Shown one piece after another: positions 1 to 9,296 of a stretch of DNA of 64,000 nucleotides; the first letter of the stretch is position 1, and each line of letters starts with the position of its first letter. Location: assembly GCA_040768745.1 (NCBI GenBank), contig JAXGMI010000002.1, positions 256,001 through 320,000 of the forward strand, in the 5' to 3' direction. A program made the position numbers and the translations under genes. The stretch comes from Desulfomicrobium sp. Lineage in GTDB: Bacteria; Desulfobacterota; Desulfovibrionia; Desulfovibrionales; Desulfomicrobiaceae. The notes below the pieces were generated by a model. That model made no database searches. It was not told the origin of the DNA and saw only the letters and a program-made list of their open reading frames with translations.

Positions 1-849
1 TTGCAACTTGGCGCTGTTGTCAGCCCCCATGGGCACCAGCGGCAGGCGTAGTTCCAACTTGATGCGTCCCATCATGGCCAGTGAGGTCTTGGCCGGAATG
101 GGGTTGGTTTCCATGAACATCATGCGTGAAAAGGAGGCCAACTCGTAGTGGAGTTCCCGGGCCTTGGCCAGGTCGCCCGCGAACCAGGCCGAACACATGC
201 CGCTCATCTTGTGCGGCAGGATGTTGGAGACCACCGAGATAACGCCGCATCCGCCCACGGCCAGAAGGGGCAAAACGGTGAAGTCGTCGCCAGAAAGCAC
301 CTGAAAATCCGGCCCGCAGAATTCCAGGACTTGGGAGACCTGGTTCAGATCGCCGGTGGCTTCCTTGATCCCCACGATATCCTCGACGTCCTTGTTCAGC
401 CGGGCCACGGTGGCGGGCAGCAGATTGACGCTGGTCCGGCCGGGGACGTTGTAGAGGATGAAGGGCATGGATACTTCGTCGGCAATGCGCCTGAAGTGTT
501 GGTACAGACCTTCCTGGGTGGGCTTGTTGTAGTAAGGGGTGATCAGCAGCGCCCCATCAGCCCCGGCCTCCTTCGCATAGCGGGTCAACTCCACCGCCTC
601 GGCCGTATTGTTCGATCCCGCCCCTGCCAGAACAGGCACCCGGCCCTTGACCTGGTCCACGCAGATGCTGATGACCTGTTTGTGTTCGGCGTGACTCATG
701 GTGGCTGATTCTCCGGTGGTGCCGCAAGGCACGACGCCGTTGATACCGCTTTCCACCTGCCATTCGATCAGCTTCCGGTAGGCCTCCTCGTCGACTTGGC
801 CGTTACTGAACGGAGTGATCAGGGCTGTGAAGGCTCCTTTGAATTGCAT
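1..849 (-). CDS. dapA: 4-hydroxy-tetrahydrodipicolinate synthase (3' end runs off the window)
   Basis: Manual translation from ATG at 849: MQFKGAFTALITPF...VVPCGTTGESATM...VLAGAGSN. RBS GGAGG lies upstream and the gene follows dapF. It is absent from the ORF track because it has no stop in the window. Confidence 0.95.
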   Translation of the reverse strand, partial: MQFKGAFTALITPFSNGQVDEEAYRKLIEWQVESGINGVVPCGTTGESATMSHAEHKQVISICVDQVKGRVPVLAGAGSNNTAEAVELTRYAKEAGADGALLITPYYNKPTQEGLYQHFRRIADEVSMPFILYNVPGRTSVNLLPATVARLNKDVEDIVGIKEATGDLNQVSQVLEFCGPDFQVLSGDDFTVLPLLAVGGCGVISVVSNILPHKMSGMCSAWFAGDLAKARELHYELASFSRMMFMETNPIPAKTSLAMMGRIKLELRLPLVPMGADNSAKLQ

Positions 850-895
850 CGTTTCCTCCCGGGTTGTGACTGGGGTTGAGATTCACTGGAGAGAT

Positions 896-1735
896 TCAAA
901 GGCCCACCTCGGCAGGGCTGAATACACCCTGGTAGACGAGCTGGGCCTTGCCGCGCAGGAAAATATCTGTGCCGCGGACAGTGATTTCAAGGACTTCTCC
1001 GCCTGAGGTGGTAACTCTGGCCGTGGGTCCGCAAAGATTCAGGGCATGGGCCACGGCCACGGAGGCTGCAGCGCCTGTGCCGCAGGCGTAGGTTTCGTTT
1101 TCCACCCCGCGTTCATACGTCCTCAGCAGGATATGTTCGCGGTTGAGAATCTGGATGAAGTTGGCGTTGGTTCCGGCCGGTGCGAAGTGCGCGTGGTTGC
1201 GGATCTCTGCGCCGAGTGTCGTGACGTCCAGGCTGTTGACATCCTCGGACACAACCACAGTGTGGGGCACGCCGGTGTTGGTGAAATGGGCGGTCAAGTC
1301 CTTTCCATCCACATGCAAAGGGAAGGACAGGGTCATATCGCTGGCCGGAGTCAGCTGGACTGCGACCTCTCCTTCGTCGGGAAAAACCTGGGCGTGGACC
1401 ACCCCGGCATCGGTGAGCATGAGATGTTTGGCCGGGGCCATGCCCAGCTTGAAGGCCAACAGGGTCGCGCAACGCGAGCCGTTCCCGCACATTTCTGCCC
1501 GGGATCCATCGGCGTTGAAAAAATGCCACTTGGTCGAGGCCTGTCCTGAGCTGTCGTGCTCCAGAAAAATTATCCCATCCGCGCCGATACGAAAGGCGCG
1601 CGGACACAGGGCTTTGGCCCAGGAAGCCATGGCATCGGGGGATATGGATCGGGAGCGGTTGTCAATGATGATGAAGTCATTTCCGCTGCCCTGCATTTTG
1701 AAAAAAAGTTGGGTCGGTCCGGCGAGAATGGACAT
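896..1735 (-). CDS. dapF: Diaminopimelate epimerase
   Basis: KMQGSGNDF, EMCGNG, GVPH and ERGVENETYACGTG motifs. Confidence 0.96.
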   Translation of the reverse strand: MSILAGPTQLFFKMQGSGNDFIIIDNRSRSISPDAMASWAKALCPRAFRIGADGIIFLEHDSSGQASTKWHFFNADGSRAEMCGNGSRCATLLAFKLGMAPAKHLMLTDAGVVHAQVFPDEGEVAVQLTPASDMTLSFPLHVDGKDLTAHFTNTGVPHTVVVSEDVNSLDVTTLGAEIRNHAHFAPAGTNANFIQILNREHILLRTYERGVENETYACGTGAAASVAVAHALNLCGPTARVTTSGGEVLEITVRGTDIFLRGKAQLVYQGVFSPAEVGL

Positions 1736-1804
1736 GATGAATCCTTGAATGATCTCAAATGTAGTGCAATCTAGGCCCCATCGCCCAAAAAATCAAGAAA
1801 AGGG

Positions 1805-2647
1805 CTAGGGATTCAAGGCCGCTCTGATTTGCGGATCTGCCGTCACCGCATCGTTCAAGGGGGTGTTGCGGGTCAAAACCGTGGATTCGGGTTCCCAGAC
1901 GATTTTTTTTCCTGGCCGTGGCATGGCCGGGATGATGACGGAGTTCACGCCCATGCCCTTGCCGAAGGGGCGGACCCAGAGCACCTGGTTGTCCGCCATG
2001 TACAGACCGGTGTAGCCCGGTCCCTCGCCCGAGCCGAGAATGATGTCGAACACACTGCCTTTGCTGTTGATGAACGCCGTTTCCCTGGCTGAACCCCAGG
2101 TGCTGACTCCGACAATGAGATTGAATTTTCCGCTTTGGCGCAGTTTCTCGGCTAATGCTGACGTTTCCTCCTCCTTGTCGCTCTCCTGGGGAAAAAGGAT
2201 AAAAGCTAACTTCCCTTCCGGGACGTCGCGTTCGAGCACTTCCGGGGCTGGGCCGGGGTTTTTCCAGGCAGGAGAAGAAGGGACATTGCCTTCCTTGAGC
2301 ACCTGGAGATCCGCCGGAGCCAGCAGGACAGCGTCATAGGGCAACATGGCGTAGGCCCTGGCCGCCTTGGCGATTTCCGCGGGAGGGCGGTTGCTTGCTC
2401 CGGCCACGCCGGCGAATTCGAAGCCCCCTCCAATCACGATCGTTCCCGGTGTTTCGATCACCGACTTGATATGCGTGGCCCGCCGGGCCAGTCCGCCAAG
2501 GGTCTTGCCCCCTCAGGTCGGGCAGGGAGAATATTCGCCCTGGGTGTTGGCTGTAAAGACGATGGTTGTCTGGGCCAAGGCTGAATCGCCCAGGCTCATT
2601 GCGGAAACAGCCCAGATCAAGGTGCAGAGGAGTGTGCGGAGTTTCAT
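1805..2647 (-). CDS. Exported UshA-like (5'-nucleotidase-fold) selenoprotein with a CxxU motif; UGA at codon 45 read as Sec
   Basis: ATG at 2647, 1 nt after the upstream gene's stop, gives signal peptide MKLRTLLCTLIWAVSAMSLGDSALA. It then reads QTTIVFTANTQGEYSPCPT-TGA-GGKTLGGLARRA, in frame with the 218-aa ORF 1805..2461. Confidence 0.85.
2476..2515 (-). promoter_or_regulatory. Sec UGA codon (2515-2513) plus candidate bacterial SECIS hairpin
   Basis: The hairpin TGGCCC-GGC-GGGCCA (2490-2476) starts 22 nt after the UGA and has G residues in its apical loop. Confidence 0.65.
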
Positions 2648-2648
2648 G

Positions 2649-3452
2649 TCAGCAAAGAGGCTTTAGGATTGGGCTGCGCGCGATGAGGTCTTTGAGCCGC
2701 TCACGTCGTTCCACGATTTTTGCGGCGATTTCCCGGATGTCCTGTGCGGCCCGGCAACTGGGTGCAAATTTGAGGAGAGGCACTTGGTGCCGCACGGACT
2801 CCATGACCATAGGGTCCTTGTGCACCACGCCCAAAAGCCTGATGGGCAGGCTCAGAAACCGTTCGCAGGCCTGGGCCAGACGGTCGAAAGCGGTTCTGGC
2901 TTCTCTGGATGACTCGGACATGTTGACGATGAGCTGGAAATTTTTGGTCTGATGCTGGGCGGACAGAACCTTGATCAGCGCGTAGCTGTCCGTCAGGGAC
3001 GTGGGTTCCGGCGTAATGACAATGATGCGTTCCTGTGGCCTGGCTGCAAAAGACAGGACCGTGGGACTGATGCCCGCGCCGAGGTCCAGCAGCAGGAAAT
3101 GATATTGTCTGAAAAGGGCGTCGAGCTTGTCGAGCAGGATGCTCTGCACGTCGTCATCCAGGTCCACGAGTTCGGCTACACCCGAGGCGGATGGCAGAAA
3201 GGCGAAATCCTGGGCCAGGGGTACGACCACGCTTTCCAGCGGGGCCTCGCCCAGAAGGTCCTGCAGATTCTTTTCCGGAGAAATGCCCAGGAGCACATCA
3301 AGATTGGCCAACCCCAGGTCTCCGTCCAAGAGAACCAGGGAGTGCCCGAGTTCATGGAGGGCGAATCCCAGGTTCAGGGCGATGTTGGTTTTCCCCACCC
3401 CGCCCTTGCCGCTGACTACGGCGAGGCTTAAAGTCGTGTTTAGTGCGGTCAT
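2649..3452 (-). CDS. MinD/FlhG-family ATPase
   Basis: SGKGGVGKT deviant Walker A, DGDLGLAN, TPEPTSLTDSY. Start taken at MTALNTT. Confidence 0.9.
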   Translation of the reverse strand: MTALNTTLSLAVVSGKGGVGKTNIALNLGFALHELGHSLVLLDGDLGLANLDVLLGISPEKNLQDLLGEAPLESVVVPLAQDFAFLPSASGVAELVDLDDDVQSILLDKLDALFRQYHFLLLDLGAGISPTVLSFAARPQERIIVITPEPTSLTDSYALIKVLSAQHQTKNFQLIVNMSESSREARTAFDRLAQACERFLSLPIRLLGVVHKDPMVMESVRHQVPLLKFAPSCRAAQDIREIAAKIVERRERLKDLIARSPILKPLC

Positions 3453-3453
3453 G

Positions 3454-4308
3454 TCAGTCCTTTTCCGGCTCGGTATTCGAGGTAGGTGCAGCGAATGAAG
3501 AAAAAAGAAATCGTTTTTCGTTCTGGTGTACCTGGGTCTGGCCTGCGTCGTGGCCAAGATCCAGGATGGGAGCTGCCTGGATCCGGTTCTTGCCGTCGCG
3601 CTTGGCCTGGTACAAGGCTTTATCTGCCTCGGCCAGCATTCTGGCCTGGTCCGGGACCTGTTTGCCGCGGTAGCTGGCCAGCCCCATGGAGCAACTGAAT
3701 CCCAACTCGGTTGTGCCGCAGACGACCCTGGCTTTTCTGATGGAATCGAGAATGCGGTCCAGGAGTATCTGGGCCCGCATTTGACCTGTGCCAGGGAGAA
3801 TGAGTCCGAACTCTTCACCCCCGATACGAGCGGCTATGTCGATCTTGCGCGTTTGTTCCAGCAGGATGCGGGCCATGGTCTGCAGGATCTTGTCCCCGCA
3901 GGGATGGCCATAGGTGTCGTTGATAGACTTGAAGTTGTCCAAATCCATGACACACAGACTTACAGGAGACTTGAAACGGGTGGCCCGTTCCACTTCCAGT
4001 CCCATGGCCGCGTCAAAGGCGCGCCGGTTGAGCAGTCCGGTCAGCGAGTCATGGTCCCTTTGGAAGGACAGGGCCGAAATTTTTTCCTTGAGCATGGCCA
4101 GGGCCGGAAATTTATCCCGGCCCAGGGGGAGAACCAGCCACTCGTCCATACCGTGGAGCTGCAGAAGCGAGGACAGAGTTCCCCCTTCCTTAATCAGGCG
4201 GATGAGCGCGCTGAAATCCGGGGATGTCTGAGTTTCCGGCAGGAGATTTTCCAGGGCTCGCAGTTCGCCCAGCAGCGCCTCGTCCAAAGGAAGTTCAGGT
4301 CCGTGCAT
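3454..4308 (-). CDS. GGDEF diguanylate cyclase
   Basis: DSLTGLLNRR, DLDNFKSINDTYGH, RxxD I-site (RKID) and GGEEF active site. Start taken at MHGPEL. Confidence 0.93.
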   Translation of the reverse strand: MHGPELPLDEALLGELRALENLLPETQTSPDFSALIRLIKEGGTLSSLLQLHGMDEWLVLPLGRDKFPALAMLKEKISALSFQRDHDSLTGLLNRRAFDAAMGLEVERATRFKSPVSLCVMDLDNFKSINDTYGHPCGDKILQTMARILLEQTRKIDIAARIGGEEFGLILPGTGQMRAQILLDRILDSIRKARVVCGTTELGFSCSMGLASYRGKQVPDQARMLAEADKALYQAKRDGKNRIQAAPILDLGHDAGQTQVHQNEKRFLFSSFAAPTSNTEPEKD

Positions 4309-5405
4309 GCAGGTAGAGGAGGTAGTTGTGGATGAAGGTGTCAATGGAACCGTCCAGAACCGCGTCCACATTGCTGGACTCCGTATTGGTGCGATGGTCC
4401 TTGACCAGTCTGTATGGCTGGAGGGTATACGTCCGGATCTGGGAACCGAAGGCGATGGTCCCTTTGGCCACGTACTCTGCCTGACGTTCGTCCGCTCTTT
4501 TTTGCAACTCCAGTTCGTAAAGTCGGGCCTTCAGAACCTTGAGGGCCGCTTCCTTGTTTTTGTGCTGGGATTTTTCGTTCTGACACTGGGCGACCAGCCC
4601 GGATGGTATGTGCGTGACGCGTACCGCCGAGTCCGTGGTGTTGACGGACTGTCCGCCGGGACCGCTGGAGCGGAAAATATCAATACGGATATCTTCGTCC
4701 CGGAAATCTATTTCAATATCCTGACCAGCATCGGGATAGACGTCGACTGAAGCAAAGGAAGTGTGTCGCCGGCCACTGGAATCAAATGGAGAAATGCGGA
4801 TCAGGCGATGAGTGCCCTTTTCCCCCTTGAGCTGTCCGTATGCATACGGACCGTGGATGTGCAGGGTCACGCTCTTGATCCCCGCCTCGTCGCCGGGCAG
4901 AAGGTCCAAAACCTCCACCTTGAAGCCATTCCGCTCCGCAAATCGACGGTACATGCGCAGGAGCATTTCTGCCCAGTCCTGGGATTCGGTTCCTCCTGCC
5001 CCGGGATGGATTTCCAGAATGGCCTCGCTGATGTCCTCTGGATCGCTCAGAAGGGTGCGCATCTGGGCTGCTTCCAGATGGGTTTTCATCTCCGTCAGGG
5101 AGTCCTCCAGGGCGACAAGCATCTCCTCGGTCTGTTCCTCGCCTGCCAGCTCAACCCATTCAGTCATGTTGTCCCTGGTTTTGGCCAGGCTTTCCCATTC
5201 TCCCACCTGACTGGACAGCTGGGTTTTTTCCTGCAGGACCGGGGTCAGAAGTTCCGGCCTGTCCCATGCGCCAGGTGAAGAGAGCTGCTTCTCGATCTGC
5301 GCCAGTCGCTCCTTGTGACCGCGAAGGTCAAAGACGCCTCCAGAAATCGTTGAATTTCTCGTCCAGCTGCGCGGCCATGGCCTTGAGTTCTGAAAATTGT
5401 AACAT
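4295..5405 (-). CDS. prfB: Peptide chain release factor 2, translated via a +1 programmed frameshift
   Basis: SPF and GGQ motifs. A 25-codon first frame from ATG 5405 ends GGAGG-CGT-CTT-TGA-C, and the +1 frame joins ORF 4295..5206. Confidence 0.97.
5327..5341 (-). promoter_or_regulatory. prfB frameshift site (internal SD + CTT TGA C)
   Basis: The minus strand reads GGAGGCGTCTTTGAC. Confidence 0.95.
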
Positions 5406-5417
5406 GCTGTTCTCTTT

Positions 5418-6914
5418 CTACGCCGATGTGTTGGGACCTCTTCTGCGCAGGACCACGAGGAGGCCCAGAGTCAGAAAGGGGTAGCACCAATGAATGAATA
5501 AAAAATGCTCATGGTAAAACGTCTTCTGTGTCAAGAGCGGGATGTCCGTTCGGTGCAGGATGTCCGTAGTGAAAAGTTCACTCCTGTCCCGCAATCTGCC
5601 GTCGGGGTCAATGAAGGTGCTCACGCCGGTGTTGGTGCAGCGGATGATGGCCCGATTCTGTTCCACGGCCCGCAGTATCGTGAGGTGCAGATGCTGGAGG
5701 GGGGCCGAGGTACGGCCGAACCAGGCATCGTTGCTGATGTTGACCAGCACGTTGGCCCCGAGTTCGACCTGTTTCTGGGCCAGTTCCGGGAAAATGGCTT
5801 CGTAGCAGATGAGGGTGCCCACGGCCATGTCTCCGCTGCGCAGGGGGGCTGAGTTCTGGCCGGGTCTGAATTCATACTCGCCAGGCACAAGTTTGGTCAG
5901 GAAGGGCAGCCATTGGCCCAGAGGGACATACTCGCCAAACGGCACAAGGTGTTCCTTGTCATACCATGCTTGGATTTCCCCGTTCGGGCCCAAGAGATAT
6001 GCCCGGTTGTGCAGCACGTACCGGGGTTCGTTCTTGCCCAATGGCATGGAGTAGGCCGGAGAGCCCGCCAGAACCGGGGTGCCCAGTTCAGCTACGGCTA
6101 TGCGCATGGCCGAGGACAGGTCTCCTGGATCCTGCAGGTAGAAAGGGAGGGCTGTCTCCGGCCAGACGAGAAGGTCGGATTTGAAGGACGACACAGCCTG
6201 CCTTGAGAGTTCCACGTAGGTCTGAAGGATTCTGGTTTGCAGGGTTTCGTCCCATTTCTGTCCCTGTTCTATGTTGCCCTGCACCATGGCGACCGAGGCT
6301 GTGGCCGGGGCGGGGGCAGAACTCGTGATCCAAGCCGGGAGCACGCAGAGGCCGATCATGGGCAGAACAAGGAGTCGTCTCCAGCCGCGAAGGACAAGGG
6401 CATGACCCATACCGGCCAGGAGTCCTGAGAGTCCGAAGGCTCCGCACCATGCAGCCAGACCAAGGGTCTGGGACCAGGGCGAGAACGCAGAGGCCAGTGT
6501 CAGCCAGGGAAACCCGGTCAGGAGATGGTTGCGGGCCAGCTCCAGGGTGGCCCAGAGCAGACCGCTGAAAACCAGGGCCAAAGGGTGTCTGCCCTTGTCC
6601 CCAAGCAGATAAATTCCCAGACAATATATGCCACCATAGGCGGCCAAAACCCCTCCGACCAGGACGGGACAGGGCAAGGCCAATGCCCAGGGAAGGCTGC
6701 CATGGTCGTGAACCGGGATGACGAGCCAGTAGAGACTGGCGGCATAGCCAGGCAGGGCCGTCAACATGCCCATGCGGAAGGCCTGCCCGGGGGTCTCTGC
6801 CCTGTTGGCGGCAAGGACCAGGGCTGCCGGCAGGAGCAGGATAGCCAGGGGGAGGTGCAGAAACGGATTGGCAAAGCCGAACCAGGTTCCTGCCAGGGCC
6901 ATACCCAGGGTCAT
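5418..6914 (-). CDS. lnt: Apolipoprotein N-acyltransferase
   Basis: QGNI, WPETA, KEHLVPFGEYVP, ICYEAIF and NDAWFG motifs. Start uncertain (ATG 6914 or TTG 6944). Confidence 0.95.
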   Translation of the reverse strand: MTLGMALAGTWFGFANPFLHLPLAILLLPAALVLAANRAETPGQAFRMGMLTALPGYAASLYWLVIPVHDHGSLPWALALPCPVLVGGVLAAYGGIYCLGIYLLGDKGRHPLALVFSGLLWATLELARNHLLTGFPWLTLASAFSPWSQTLGLAAWCGAFGLSGLLAGMGHALVLRGWRRLLVLPMIGLCVLPAWITSSAPAPATASVAMVQGNIEQGQKWDETLQTRILQTYVELSRQAVSSFKSDLLVWPETALPFYLQDPGDLSSAMRIAVAELGTPVLAGSPAYSMPLGKNEPRYVLHNRAYLLGPNGEIQAWYDKEHLVPFGEYVPLGQWLPFLTKLVPGEYEFRPGQNSAPLRSGDMAVGTLICYEAIFPELAQKQVELGANVLVNISNDAWFGRTSAPLQHLHLTILRAVEQNRAIIRCTNTGVSTFIDPDGRLRDRSELFTTDILHRTDIPLLTQKTFYHEHFLFIHWCYPFLTLGLLVVLRRRGPNTSA

Positions 6915-6933
6915 GAATCGGGGCAGAAGCAAA

Positions 6934-7752
6934 TCAGGATGCAAGCTTGGAAACGAGAACCCACTGGATCTGTTTGACATCGGCTTCCTTGATGAGAAAC
7001 GAGTATCCCTGCAATTCAAGGGTCTCGTTGGGTTCTGGAACCCGTCCGAGCTGCTCGCTGATGTACCCACCCACGGTTTCCACCTGCTCGGATTCAAGCC
7101 GGATTCCGCACTCCTCAAGGTCTTCCAGGCTTGTGCGACCAGAGACCAGAAAGGTGTCCTGATCCATGGGTTGGATATCCTCGGGACGCGGCGGGTCGTA
7201 TTCATCCTCGATGTCCCCGACGATTTCCTCCAGCACGTCCTCCAGGGTAACCAGACCGGCGGTTCCGCCGTACTCGTCCAGGACGATGGCCATATGCTGC
7301 TTGTTGCTCTGGAAATCCAGCAGGATGTTTTTGACGTTCTTCGTTTCAGGAATGAAGTAGGGGGAGCGCAGAACAGAGGACAGGTCGGCCGGGGCTTTGT
7401 CGTCTCCCACAAAGAAGCGCAACAGTTCCTTGCAGTGCAGGATGCCGACGATCTGATCTTTGGTTTCCTTGTAGATGGGCAGGCGAGAGTGGCCGCTTTG
7501 GAAGATTTTCTTGGCAACTTCGGTCACGGATTCGTCGATTTCCGCACAGACGATGTCCGTACGAGGGACCATGATCTCATATGCCTGCTTGTCGTCGAGC
7601 TGCAACACATTGAGCAGCATGGACATTTCGTCGTTCTGCAGTTCGCCATCGTCTTTGGCTTCGAGGATGGCTTCTTCGAGATGGCATTCGCCTTTGCGTG
7701 AAAAAAAACGTTTCAGGATTGACCAAAGTCGACTGTCCGAGCCCTCATCCAT
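6934..7752 (-). CDS. corC: CorC/HlyC-family CBS-domain protein (Mg/Co homeostasis)
   Basis: IMVPR, GHSRLPIY, DEYGGTAGLVTLEDVLEEIVGDIEDEYD. The corC-lnt linkage is classic. Confidence 0.88.
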   Translation of the reverse strand: MDEGSDSRLWSILKRFFSRKGECHLEEAILEAKDDGELQNDEMSMLLNVLQLDDKQAYEIMVPRTDIVCAEIDESVTEVAKKIFQSGHSRLPIYKETKDQIVGILHCKELLRFFVGDDKAPADLSSVLRSPYFIPETKNVKNILLDFQSNKQHMAIVLDEYGGTAGLVTLEDVLEEIVGDIEDEYDPPRPEDIQPMDQDTFLVSGRTSLEDLEECGIRLESEQVETVGGYISEQLGRVPEPNETLELQGYSFLIKEADVKQIQWVLVSKLAS

Positions 7753-7800
7753 AAATACGTTGTCCTCCCTTTGGGGGTTGCGGTATCAAAATTTTGATCT

Positions 7801-8841
7801 CTATACATTTTCTTGTTCCCGGTAAAGTTCCAAATGGCGCCTGAAAACCCAGGTCACGATGTCATCAATGCCTGAGTCTTCCTCAACTTTCGTCCACTGC
7901 AGTGTTTCAGCGCCCTGGTCGCTGCAGAATTCCATGAACTCGTATCCGAGCATGAGCAGGCCGGTATCAAAGTCCTGGTTCTTGGTGCGCAGCCGCGAGG
8001 CGATGTAATAGGCGGGAAAGCTCATCTTCCCCAGGGCCTCCAGATCCAGGCGCATGAACAGGAGGGGGTTCTTGACGACATACTCGCCCAATCCCGGGCA
8101 GTGGGTCGGGTGGAACGCGAATTTGATGCCGCTCCCAGAGATGTCGACCACCTTGAGACCCTCGCCGCTGGTGCCCGTCATGATGGCAAGGGGCTTGGGC
8201 CATTTGCTCAAATCTGACTCAAGGTGAAAGGTCGTGTTTTCTGTGGATGCCCAGATGCGGAAATCCCTGACATCTGTGGGCGGGACCTCCAGGCGCAGAT
8301 GCCTGCGCTTCTGGCCCAGTTCGACCTTGTCAGGGAGCGACAGCGTCAAATAAGCGACATCCCCGATTGCGTGCAGCCCGACGACATTGGATATGAACTT
8401 ATAGAAATATGGGGATTTTTCGCCACGGGGGAGGCGGAAATAACAGACCATGACCTTGCCGATCCAGTTTTCGGCAGGGCTGACCCCGGCAAGAAGTTCC
8501 AGGGTGATCCCCGTTCCGGCAAGTTCATAGAGAGCGCAGGAATTGGTCTGACGGGAAGCGGAAATAGGGTGGAAGCCCACGTCCACGCGGCTGCGGTGGA
8601 ACATGGCTTGTTCGAGGATGGATGAGATTTCCTGGGGCAAGACAGTGGATCCTGAATCCCGTGCCTGGGTCGATCGGATGGATTTTTTCCAGAGCATATA
8701 TCCGAAAATTGCGGCCAGCACGAGGGCCCCGGTCGTCAGGATGAAGTTGCCTTGGGGTTCAAGAATACGTTCACCGCCCAGGAAGGAGGGGATCCGTCCC
8801 AGCAAGCTGTCTGCAACCTGGAGGAAAGCAAAATCAATCAT
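7801..8841 (-). CDS. Membrane-anchored PilZ-like domain protein
   Basis: One N-terminal TM segment, QKRRHLR (RxxxR) and DISGSG (DxSxxG). Start at 8841 or 8856. Confidence 0.65.
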   Translation of the reverse strand: MIDFAFLQVADSLLGRIPSFLGGERILEPQGNFILTTGALVLAAIFGYMLWKKSIRSTQARDSGSTVLPQEISSILEQAMFHRSRVDVGFHPISASRQTNSCALYELAGTGITLELLAGVSPAENWIGKVMVCYFRLPRGEKSPYFYKFISNVVGLHAIGDVAYLTLSLPDKVELGQKRRHLRLEVPPTDVRDFRIWASTENTTFHLESDLSKWPKPLAIMTGTSGEGLKVVDISGSGIKFAFHPTHCPGLGEYVVKNPLLFMRLDLEALGKMSFPAYYIASRLRTKNQDFDTGLLMLGYEFMEFCSDQGAETLQWTKVEEDSGIDDIVTWVFRRHLELYREQENV

Positions 8842-9296
8842 CGTTGTCTCGTTCAAGGTTGATACGTGCCAGAATTCGCGGTTTCATTTGCAAGCCCGTG
8901 CTGGAGGTGAGGAAATCGGTGCATCCGGCTGTCTGTGATGCCCGGTTTTCGTTGTGCATGGATAGAGCGGAAAATCGGACTCCGGGTGCCCAAAATCACA
9001 ACAAAGGGATGCTGCATTCGTGGTTGTTCTCGGCACAACGGCGTCCGGCAGTGGATTTTCATGGGAAATCCTCTTTCAGGGCCTTCGTGTCGAATCATTC
9101 AGGCTGGTTATATTTTCAAACCATGCCAAAGGGAAGCAAAAGGATTCCCAAGGAATCGCCAGCTGCAACAACACGCACATTCAAGATCCGGGCCATACAA
9201 AAGGAACTCCAGGGCGTGTTGAATGCCCGCCAGATGCGGAGCATACCCCCAGGCAATGTCTGGACTATATCTCTGCCTTGTGCGCGTTTGAGTCAC

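Noticed and set aside
2513..2515. Treating the TGA as a nonsense mutation or true stop
   Set aside because: The CxxU context, upstream signal peptide, in-frame continuation and downstream hairpin favour selenocysteine.
3453..3818. N-terminal extension of the MinD/FlhG ORF (389 aa)
   Set aside because: It overlaps the GGDEF gene, and the Walker A position fits a start at 3452.
6945..7517. 699-aa version of Lnt in the ORF track
   Set aside because: The extension overlaps corC in another frame and has no Lnt-like character.
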